Shown here in pieces: positions 56,089 to 64,000 of a stretch of 64,000 nt of DNA. Under the pieces are notes generated by a model that saw only the letters and a program-made list of their open reading frames with translations, was not told the origin of the DNA and did not search any database. Position 1 is the stretch's first letter, and each line of letters opens with the position of its first letter. Location: the NCBI GenBank assembly GCA_963841435.1, contig CAWJCS010000005.1:1280001-1344000 (forward strand), written 5' to 3'. Source of the DNA: an uncultured delta proteobacterium (GTDB taxonomy: Bacteria > Myxococcota_A > Polyangia > Polyangiales > Polyangiaceae). The position numbers and the translations under genes were made by a program.

Positions 56089-57090
56089 TCACGGCCGCGC
56101 GGGCGGCGAGCCGGAAGCCGCGGGGGCCGCGTCCCGACGCAGGAACGAAACGTCATCGATCCATACGTCGAACGGGGTGTCCTCGGCCGCGACGCCGAAC
56201 TCGATGAAGCGGATGCGCCGCGGGTCGAAGGGCGTGGGCGGCCCGCCATCGAAAAGCTGGTGGAGCTCCTCCCAGCGCACGCTCTTGTGCTCGAAGGTCT
56301 TGCCGAGGGAGACGCGCGCGCGGTGGCTGTTGTAACAATCCCTCTGGCAGAGCCCGCCGTACTTCACGTCCTGCACGTCAATCATCTGCAGGCCGACGAG
56401 CAGCGTGCCCGGGCCCTTGGCCCAGAAGTGAACGCCCGCGTACGCCGAAGCGTCGTAGCAGCTCGCGTCGGCGAGCTCGGCGCCGAAGGTGACGCCCCAG
56501 AGCGTGAACTTCCCGCCCGTGACGTGAAGCCCGTAGTGGCTCTTGCCGCGACCACCCGGGATCTTCGAGGGGAAGAGCGCCGAGCGGCCGGGCGGCGACT
56601 GCGTGCCGGTCTCGTCGTCGTAGGTCATCCAGCCGCCGGAGCGGCCGTCGCGCGGCAGCACACGCGAGTCGTTGCCCTCGAAGTCCTCGATGAGCGGCGC
56701 GTCGCCGCGGGCGATGACGAGCTCGGGGCATGCGAGGACGGGGGGCGGCAGCGCCGGACGCGTGGGACCGGCGCTCGGCGCGGGGGGCTCCGGCGGTGGC
56801 ACGATTTCCCGAGCAGCGAAGCGCGGTGCCTTGGGCGCGAGCGAAAGCGCCACCGCTGCGGCAGCCGCGAGCACGACGCCGGCGCCCGCCAGCTTGACGA
56901 GCCCGCCTCGCGGTTTCGCGAGCGCTTCGAGCCCCGCGCCGAGCGCGCGCTCCTTCGCGCGTGCGCCACCGACATCGAGCGTGGCCGAACGCAAAAGGAG
57001 CCGCTCGACCTCCGCCGTCTCGCCGCTCGCGGCGTCCGGCGCCGCGCCCTGGTCGGCGGCGTCCGGCGTGGAGGGTTCGTCGTCGCTCAT
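56089..57090 (-). CDS. Putative anti-sigma factor with TM helix and galactose-binding-fold (CBM11/CIA30-like) domain
   Basis: GGAGG RBS, ATGA-coupled to sigma; TM helix; 'LIEDFEG..GGWMTY..YDASAYAGVHFWAKG..FDVWIDDVSF'. Confidence 0.75.
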   Translation of the reverse strand: MSDDEPSTPDAADQGAAPDAASGETAEVERLLLRSATLDVGGARAKERALGAGLEALAKPRGGLVKLAGAGVVLAAAAAVALSLAPKAPRFAAREIVPPPEPPAPSAGPTRPALPPPVLACPELVIARGDAPLIEDFEGNDSRVLPRDGRSGGWMTYDDETGTQSPPGRSALFPSKIPGGRGKSHYGLHVTGGKFTLWGVTFGAELADASCYDASAYAGVHFWAKGPGTLLVGLQMIDVQDVKYGGLCQRDCYNSHRARVSLGKTFEHKSVRWEELHQLFDGGPPTPFDPRRIRFIEFGVAAEDTPFDVWIDDVSFLRRDAAPAASGSPPARP

Positions 57091-57704
57091 CGTTTCCTCC
57101 AGGAGAAGGCTTCGCGCGAAAGCAGTCGTTTGACTCCCTGCGAGAACACTTCGCGCGCCGCGCGCAAGCGCGAGCTCACGGTGCCGAGCGGCACGCCCAG
57201 CATGTCGGCGATCGAGCGAACGGGCTCGTCTTCGAGCTCGGCAAGCACGAACACGACGCGCTGCTCTTCGCTCATGCTTTCGAGGATGCTCTGCAGCAAC
57301 GCGCGAGCTTGAGCGAGCTCGGCGAGGGCTTCGGGGTCGAGCCCTTCGGGGGTCGGCTGCGAATCCAGGGATTCGGCCGGGTCTTCGGGGTGGCGTCAAC
57401 GCGTGCGACGCCGCGTCGACGCGACACGCACGGCCGTACCGAACAGGAACGACCGCTCGCGCTCCGGCTCCAGCGCGTCGAGCTTGCGCGCCGCCACGAC
57501 GAACACCTCCTGCGCGGCGTCGTCGGCGTCGCCCGGCGGCACACCGAGCCGCCGCACGCTGCGCCAGACGAACTCGAAGTGGCGATCGACGAGCGCGCGG
57601 AAGCGTCGCGAACGTTCGTCGAGCGTGCGCGCCACGATCAGCCCCGCGGAACGCTCGCCGCGGAGCACGCCCGTGCGCCCGGGAGGGTCGTCCAATCGCA
57701 GCAC
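57087..57704 (-). pseudogene. ECF sigma factor interrupted by in-frame TGA at 57396-57398
   Basis: Region 2 'FVWRSVRRLGV..ADDAAQEVF..SFLFGTA' and region 4 'RVVFVLAELE..IADMLGVPLGTVSSRLR' in the same frame, separated by RRRTR*RHPED. Confidence 0.85.
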
Positions 57705-57962
57705 AAATGTCCCATGGCCGGGGGTTGACGTTTGATCGTCGCAAACGCCACGTGGTGGGGAAAATTCCGACGGCTGCCGAGTAGCCTTGCCCCACTCGCG
57801 CGCGAGCCGAACGACATCGTTGGAGAATTTCGACGGCCCGGCGCGTCACGGACGAGCGTCGGACTGGCTGCCTGCCTTCGGTTCGAAGGGTGCGGGCACT
57901 GTACCTTCGTGCCAGCCCTTCCGGCCGAGGCTACGCCCCCAAGACGGGTCCGCGCGAAGCGG

Positions 57963-58289
57963 ATGCGCGTGCGCCGCCTGGGCTCGCGTGTGGCGACGCG
58001 CTTCTCGGTGTTCGTGGGGCAAGGCGCGGAGCGCCTCCGAGGTCGGGCCGCGGAGCTTTCGACCACGGGCGTGCTGCTCGATCTCAGACACGCCGAACGA
58101 CGTCTCTTGCTCGGGCTGCAGCAGCTCGAGCTCGCCGTGCCGGGTGTGCCGCGTCCCATTCGCGTCGTGGCGCGTCCCGTGCGCGAGGTCGGAAGGCTTC
58201 GCGCGTTCGAGTTCTTGTCGATCGATCCGGTCGATCGACTGACGCTCGCGGAATACATCGACAAGCTCGGAAGGCCTGGCTGGCGCTGA
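57963..58289 (+). CDS. Stand-alone PilZ domain protein
   Basis: RxxxR (RLGSR) and (D/N)xSxxG-like ELSTTG; about 108 aa from ATG 57963. Confidence 0.75.
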   Translation: MRVRRLGSRVATRFSVFVGQGAERLRGRAAELSTTGVLLDLRHAERRLLLGLQQLELAVPGVPRPIRVVARPVREVGRLRAFEFLSIDPVDRLTLAEYIDKLGRPGWR

Positions 58290-58335
58290 GCTCCGGCGGC
58301 GCCGAGCCCCCGGGTCACGGCGCCGAGCGGCACGT

Positions 58336-59520
58336 TCAGCGCGAGGGCACCGCGGCGCCCAGCGCCACCGCTTCGCGCGACAACACACCCCCGCGACACC
58401 CGAAGCGCGTCACGCCGAGCGCCTCGCCGAGCGCCGAAGCAACGAGCAGCGCCCGCCCTGACCACGCGGCGCGAGAGCGCGGCGGCGCGACCTCGGGCGG
58501 CAAGAGCGGCGTGAGGCCGCCGCGCGGCTCGTCGAGTCGAAGATCGAGGCCCGCGCCGCGGATGCGCGCGCCGTCCCCCTCGCACACGAAGTGCGTGCTC
58601 CGCAGATCGAGGTATTCCGCAGCATCCTCGCGTCCACCGACGCGCGCTGCTCGACGGCTGCCCTGGCAATCGCCGACCAGCCAGAGCGCACCGCCGAACG
58701 TCGGCATGCCGAGCGGCTTGCAGCCCGCGAGCAAGCGATCGGCTCGCGCGTACTCGGGGCTTCGCTCGATCGTGAACATCGTCGTGAGCGGCGCGCCGTC
58801 CGCTTCGGTGCACACGCCGTAGTGGAAGCGATCGCCGCGCACCGTGAGCAACGCCGAGTCGTCCGTGCAGGGCACGGGCACCGTGAGCGGCAAGCCGCCC
58901 TTCTTCGTCTCGGTCGCCGAGATCTCGTGAAACGCGAAGCCGAAGCAGCCCTTCTGTCCGGCGTCGAGGCAGGGCGCCGGCTCACCACGCGCGAACACGA
59001 GCGCGGCGTCGCCGCGCGCGGCGACGGCCACGTTGCCGCGCGCCATGCGCGGACCCGCCCAGGCGCCCCCGAGGTCGAGCACCGCCGGCTCGGCATTTCC
59101 CGCGCGCTCCCTCGGCACGAACGCCGCTCGCACACGCGCTTTCGGGCCCTGGCGCTCCACCCAGGCGAGCCCGAGCCTGTCGCCGACCCACGCCGCCGCG
59201 AGGTCGGACGGCTCCGCGCCCCCGGGACGCCGGCCGAGCACGGGGGTGGGCACGCCCGTGACCGCCCCGTCGCCGTCGAGCTCGAGCTTTTCGATCGCGC
59301 CGCTTTGGGCGCTCGCGAAGACGAGCGTTGCGCCCGCGCGGCTCGGTACGAGCTCGAAGGCCGTGGGCGTCACGAGCGCGACCGCACCCGGCGCCGCGGG
59401 GACGCTGGTGCGAGCGGAGGCCGACGCCACCCCGCCGCCCGTCGCCGTCTTCTTCTCGCAACCGAGCGACGCGATGGCGGCGAGCACGGCGAGCGCCGAT
59501 AGGCGGAGCATGGCGAGCAC
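58336..59520 (-). CDS. Hypothetical lipoprotein
   Basis: Lipobox SLGC, beta-rich with several Cys. Confidence 0.7.
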   Translation of the reverse strand: MLAMLRLSALAVLAAIASLGCEKKTATGGGVASASARTSVPAAPGAVALVTPTAFELVPSRAGATLVFASAQSGAIEKLELDGDGAVTGVPTPVLGRRPGGAEPSDLAAAWVGDRLGLAWVERQGPKARVRAAFVPRERAGNAEPAVLDLGGAWAGPRMARGNVAVAARGDAALVFARGEPAPCLDAGQKGCFGFAFHEISATETKKGGLPLTVPVPCTDDSALLTVRGDRFHYGVCTEADGAPLTTMFTIERSPEYARADRLLAGCKPLGMPTFGGALWLVGDCQGSRRAARVGGREDAAEYLDLRSTHFVCEGDGARIRGAGLDLRLDEPRGGLTPLLPPEVAPPRSRAAWSGRALLVASALGEALGVTRFGCRGGVLSREAVALGAAVPSR

Positions 59521-59662
59521 CGAGCGACGCTAACACGCGCGGCGCGGCGCTCCACCGACCGCGGACGCCGCGCCACTCGTGGAACGGCACGCCCCGCGGC
59601 CGTCCGCACCCGACGCCCGAAGGTCGCCGCCAAAACTCCCTCTCGCTCGAAAAACCGTGCGC

Positions 59663-59983
59663 TCAGGGCCGCGCGCCCACGGCGAGCTCGGTCGCGGCGG
59701 CTTGCGAGCCGTTCGCCGACGTGGCTTCGAGGCGCACGTAGCGCGCGGCGGCGGGGCCGAACGTCGCGACTTTCATCTTGCCGTTGACGGGCCAGGTGCC
59801 GCGCGTCGCCTCGCTGAAGCTCGTGCCGTCGGTGCTGAGCGAGACGGTATAGCCCGTGATGGCGCCGCTCGTGCTCGGCCCCATGTTGGCGACGTAGCGC
59901 GGCACGTAGAGCAGGATGCCCACGTCCGGCTTGGTTGCGCCAAGATCGAGCGTCACCGATTGCGGCAGCGAGCCGCTCGATGT
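59663..59983 (-). pseudogene. Orphan F5/8 type C (discoidin/CBM32) domain fragment
   Basis: 'LPQSVTLDLG..YVPR..GAITGYTVSLSTDGTSF..GTW..ARYVRLEA..AATEL'; no RBS, signal peptide or first strands. Confidence 0.7.
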
Positions 59984-60059
59984 GGCGCAGAGAACGCTCG
60001 CGACGAAGCGCCACGCGCAGTCGGCGGCGCCCGAACGAGTCACCGACCGGCGCGCGCGC

Positions 60060-62076
60060 TCAGCGCTCTCTCTGTAGGCGACGCGTGGGCGAGCGCGGCG
60101 GCGCGGGCGCGAGATCACGCGCGAGCGCCGGCCCCTGAAACGGCGCCGTGAACGCCGGCTTGGGAGGCAGCTCGCCCGATGCGAGGCGGTCTTGCCACTC
60201 CTCGTCCGTGAGTCGCTTGCCGCCTGGGGACTTGAACTCGTAGTACGAGTACGCGGGGCCGACGTACGCCGTGCGATGGGGCCCGTTGTCGACGGCCACG
60301 ACGAGGAGCTCGGCGTCACCGACACCCTCTTCGAGCACGTTCCCGCTGACCGAATCGGTGTGAACGTCCGCGACGACGGGCGCGTAGGACGAGGGCGACG
60401 TGCCGTAGAACAGCGACGGGTACCAGCCATCGTAGCGCGGTGGGCCGCTGCCGCCGCCACGAATGTCGATGGTCTTTTTGATGAAGGCGCGCTCCGCCGC
60501 CGAAAACGGCTTGGCCGCGAGCTCTTTCGTCGCAAGGCCCTCCAGCTTCCGCATCACCCCGGCGAAGCGCTCGAAGAACGCCGCCTGCTCGGCTTGGACG
60601 CCCGGGTCTCCCTTCCAACGCGCCGGAGCGTGAGCGAGCGGGGGCATCCTGCCGGTGCGGGTCGAGAGCGTCGCGGAGAGATCCGCGAGCGCGGCGAAGA
60701 AGCGCGGGTAGGGCTCGACGAACCCCTCCGGATACTCGCACGAGGTCGATGCGGTGTACGACTGCTTCGCGTAGAGCACTGTGTCGTGGCGAAGCTCCGT
60801 CCACGAGCCAAGCGCCGTGCGGAGCTTTTTCGCCTGCCAGGCTCCGCGTTGCATCACCTGGGGCAGACCCTCGTCGGGCGGCACCTCCTTGACGAGCGTG
60901 CGAAGCGTCGCAAGCCACTGATCGTAGGCGCTCCCGCGCCACGCCTCGGGCGGCCGAGTGTCGACGACGCGGCGCGCCGCGAGCAGGTTCGACGCGTAGT
61001 GGTACCGCTCGAGCTCCGGCGCGAGCGCGCGGACGGCGTGATTGCTCCCGAGCGCGGCCATGGCGTCGAGCCCCGTCGGCATGCGACGCTGGACTTTCTC
61101 GCCGCGGTACTCGATCGAGTCGTAAACGACGCGCGAAAGAACGAACGAGTCGATCACGAAACGCTGCCCGAAGAGCTGCAGCTCCTTCGGGATCGCCACG
61201 GGCACGGTGCCCGGCGCGTCGCCGTTGATGGCCTGGCTGCGGATCTGCTGCCCGCGCCCGCCGGACGCGGAGAGCGCCTCGTCGAAGCGCGCGAGCGCGG
61301 CCGGATCGACGAGCTCTTCAGGGCGCGAAATGCGCGCCGTCTGGAGTGCCCGCGCCGCATCGTCAACCGTGACGTTGTCGGCGCGCCCCACCATGAAGTC
61401 GACGACGTGGCTCGCCGCGGCGAGTCGCCCGAGCTCGCCGCTCACGTCGAGCAGCATCGTGAGCAGGAGGGCGTCGCGCCGCTCCCGCTCGACGTTCACC
61501 GCGAGCGTCGTGGCCGGGTCGACCCTGGCGAGCGTGAAACCGAGGTCGGCGCGGCCGAGCCACATCATCGCCCGAAAGTAGCGGCGGAGCTCGGTCGAGT
61601 GCGTGTAGTGTCCGCGAGGGCGAAACTGCGACCAGTCGACGTAGCGCTTGCCGCCGTACAGGTTGGTGTGGACGCCCGAGTGCGGATCCTCCGTACGGAG
61701 CGACGCTGCCTTGCCGAGGAGCACGCCGACGAGCTTCGGGTCGCCGACGCGTGGCGCGACGGAAAGCTCGCCGGGCTTCGGTGTTTGACCGAGGGCGGCG
61801 AGCCGATACCCGGGAACCGCGGGCTCGTCGGTCGGCGCGCCTGCGCCGGCGAGCAGGTTACGAGCGACCCTCGACCGCCGCGATCACGGCGTGCGCCGAG
61901 GCGTCGGATCCCGACGGCGCCATGGGCCCCGGGCTCGCGTTGCTCGCCGGGGGAGGAGGGGCCCGTGGCGGAGCGCTGCCCGCCGGGTCACGCGCCGGAT
62001 GCTGGAGCGAGGTCGCGCCTGCACAGGCGGCCAGGAGTGCACACCAAACCCACCACCAGCCTCGCTGCCAGGCCAT
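60060..62076 (-). pseudogene. DUF3160 family lipoprotein with out-of-frame junction near 61869
   Basis: DWSQFRPRGHYT, YFRAMMWLGR, QRFVIDS, SWTELRHDTVLYAKQ, GFVEP, VADVHT, RLTDEEW; lipobox LLAAC segment (62076-61858) is in another frame. Confidence 0.8.
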
Positions 62077-62199
62077 CTCCACCGCCTTTGACGAAAACCC
62101 AGGCTACGCCTTGGCTCGCCAAGAGCTTCCCTCACCGATCGCCGGCCGCCGCGAGCCACGTCGAGCGGGGGCTGCAGCACCCGGGAACCCTGGCGTCCG

Positions 62200-64000
62200 T
62201 CAGACGCGCTTCTGCACGCTGAGCACGTGGGCCACGCGCTCGGCGGGGTCGAGCTTCACGTAGTTCCTGCGCCCCGTCCACGCGAAGCGCGAGCCGCTCA
62301 GCATGTCGAGAAGATCGTAAGTCTCGGTCTCGCCGATGCCGAGCTGCTCGATGGGAACGTCAACCATGGTTTCGTGCGTGGCGTGAGGGTCGAGATTGAC
62401 GATCACGAGGATGTCGTTGCCCGGCGCGTGGCGGCGATAGGCGAGAATGCCGGCGAAGTCGGACGGAAAAAATTCGAGGTTCGTGAGCGTTCGTAGGGCG
62501 GCGTTCTCGCGACGGATGCGGTTGAGCCGCGCGATGTCCTTTTTGATGTTGCCGGGCGCGTTCCAGTCGCGCACGCGCACCTCGTATTTCTCACTGTCGA
62601 GGTATTCCTCGCTACCGGGCTGGACGGCCACGTTCTCGCAGAGCTCGTAGCCGCTGTAGATGCCGTAGAGCGGCGAAAGCGTCGCCGCGAGCACGAGGCG
62701 CACACGAAACGCGGGGCGCCCGCCATGCTGCAGGTACTCGTGCAGAATGTCCGGCGTGTTGGTAAAGCAGTTCGCTCGGTAGTACTCCGCCATCTCCGTC
62801 TGCGTGAGCTCGGTGAAGTACTCTCGGAGCTCCTCCGAGGATGTCTTCCAGGTGAAATAGGTGTAGCTCTGGTTGAACCCGAGCTTCGCGAGCGCCTTCA
62901 TGCGGTTCGGCCGCGTGAAGGACTCGCTCAGAAAGACCACGTCGGGGTACCGCTGGTGCATGTCGCGAATGACCCACTCCCAGAACGAGAGGGGTTTCGT
63001 GTGCGGGTTGTCGACGCGGAACGTCCGAACCCCGCGCTCGGCCCAAAAGACGAGGATGTCGCGGCAGGCGTTCCACATCGCCTCGCGGTCCTTGCACCAG
63101 AAGTTGAGCGGCACGATGTCTTCGTACTTCTTGGGCGGGTTCTCCGCGTAGCGGATGGTGCCGTCGGGCCGCACGAAGAACCAGTCCGGGTGCTCCGTGA
63201 GCCAGGGATGATCCGGCGAGCACTGGAGCGCGTAGTCGAGCGCGACCTCGAGCCCGAGCTCGCGGGCGCTCGCCACGAAGGCCGCGAAGTCTTCGAGCGT
63301 GCCGAGCGCGGGGTGAACCGCCGTGTGGCCGCCCTCCTTGCCGCCGATGGCCCAAGGGCTCCCCACGTCGCCGGGCTCGGCCGTAGGAGCGTTGTTCTTG
63401 CCCTTGCGGTGCGAGACGCCGATCGGATGAATCGGCGGCAAGTAGATCACGTCGAAGCCGAGCGCGGCGATCTCGGGTAGGCGGCGCGCGGCGTCCGCGA
63501 ACGTGCCGTGCACGCCCGGCGTCGGGCTTTGCGAGCGCGGGAATAGCTCGTACCACGCAGCGAAGGTGGCTTCCTCGCGGTCGACGAGCACCTCGTAGAG
63601 CGGAGAGCGCGAGAGATCGCGCGCCGCGAGTGGCCCGACGACGTCACGCACGAGATCCTGGGACAGCGCCGCGCGCACCCGATCGTCGAGCGGCGCCTTC
63701 GTGTCGGCGATCAACGTCGCGAGCCCACGCACGCGCCGCGCGGCTTCGGCAACGAGGCGGGGCGCATAGGCCTCGAGCAATTCTGCACCGGCGACGAGCT
63801 CGGGGCTCACGTCCTGACCTGCCTTCAAGCGCTTCTCGAGCTCGGAGCGGAAGGTGCCGAAGTGATCTGGCCACGCCTCGATGCCGAAGTGGAAGCGTCC
63901 GAGCCGGTCGACGGGGAACGAGCCGGACCAGCGATCGGGATTGAAGTCGTAGCCGAGGGGGACCGCTCGCCACTGGGGCTCGCCCGGCGGCAGATACACG
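62200..64000 (-). CDS. glgE: Alpha-1,4-glucan:maltose-1-phosphate maltosyltransferase GlgE, 5' end outside window
   Basis: WYELFPRS, YLPPIHPIG, RKGKNN, GSPWAIG, QCSPDHPW, YAENPPKKYEDI, FRVDNPHTKP, SYTYFTW, NTPDIL, SEKYE. Confidence 0.95.
   Translation of the reverse strand, partial: VYLPPGEPQWRAVPLGYDFNPDRWSGSFPVDRLGRFHFGIEAWPDHFGTFRSELEKRLKAGQDVSPELVAGAELLEAYAPRLVAEAARRVRGLATLIADTKAPLDDRVRAALSQDLVRDVVGPLAARDLSRSPLYEVLVDREEATFAAWYELFPRSQSPTPGVHGTFADAARRLPEIAALGFDVIYLPPIHPIGVSHRKGKNNAPTAEPGDVGSPWAIGGKEGGHTAVHPALGTLEDFAAFVASARELGLEVALDYALQCSPDHPWLTEHPDWFFVRPDGTIRYAENPPKKYEDIVPLNFWCKDREAMWNACRDILVFWAERGVRTFRVDNPHTKPLSFWEWVIRDMHQRYPDVVFLSESFTRPNRMKALAKLGFNQSYTYFTWKTSSEELREYFTELTQTEMAEYYRANCFTNTPDILHEYLQHGGRPAFRVRLVLAATLSPLYGIYSGYELCENVAVQPGSEEYLDSEKYEVRVRDWNAPGNIKKDIARLNRIRRENAALRTLTNLEFFPSDFAGILAYRRHAPGNDILVIVNLDPHATHETMVDVPIEQLGIGETETYDLLDMLSGSRFAWTGRRNYVKLDPAERVAHVLSVQKRV

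Noticed and set aside
57396-57398. Selenocysteine or genome-wide TGA recoding
   Set aside because: The position lies in an Arg run, not at a Cys-equivalent site, and TGA is the normal stop for most genes here.
57729-57747. Inverted repeat CGTTTG-N7-CAAACG upstream of the ECF gene
   Set aside because: Only 6-bp arms and a single occurrence; cannot be distinguished from chance.

Overview
Very GC-rich bacterial chromosomal DNA. Myxococcota/Polyangiales is inferred from three ECF sigma/anti-sigma pairs, about 13 lipobox lipoproteins, and fibro-slime, GYF_2, DUF3160 and endostatin-like genes. About 52 protein genes or remnants can be supported. I saw no rRNA, tRNA, CRISPR array or mobile element. 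Recognisable genes: ettA, ugd, glgE/glgX/glgB, a radical SAM-DUF2344 fusion, YyaL/SSP411, CapA-family, TerB-family, OsmC, PIG-L, PilZ and an orphan DNA methyltransferase. Main points of interest: (1) two convergent cp-ATP-grasp/alpha-E/transglutaminase modules plus a transglutaminase-DUF2126 amidoligase, one transglutaminase ending in eight Gln; (2) two copies of an ECF sigma + TPR anti-sigma + predicted beta-barrel + lipoprotein module, and a third ECF whose anti-sigma has a carbohydrate-binding-like domain and whose sigma is split by an in-frame TGA; (3) an enhancer-IHF-sigma54 promoter between an NtrC/Hpt pair and a degenerate PP2C; (4) TANNNT boxes 6-9 nt before many start codons, suggesting leaderless mRNAs; (5) four +1 frameshifts, three being GATC->GATTC and probably sequencing errors; (6) a 7x17-bp tandem array and several deletion remnants. 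All family calls come from motif recognition by eye; no database search was run.
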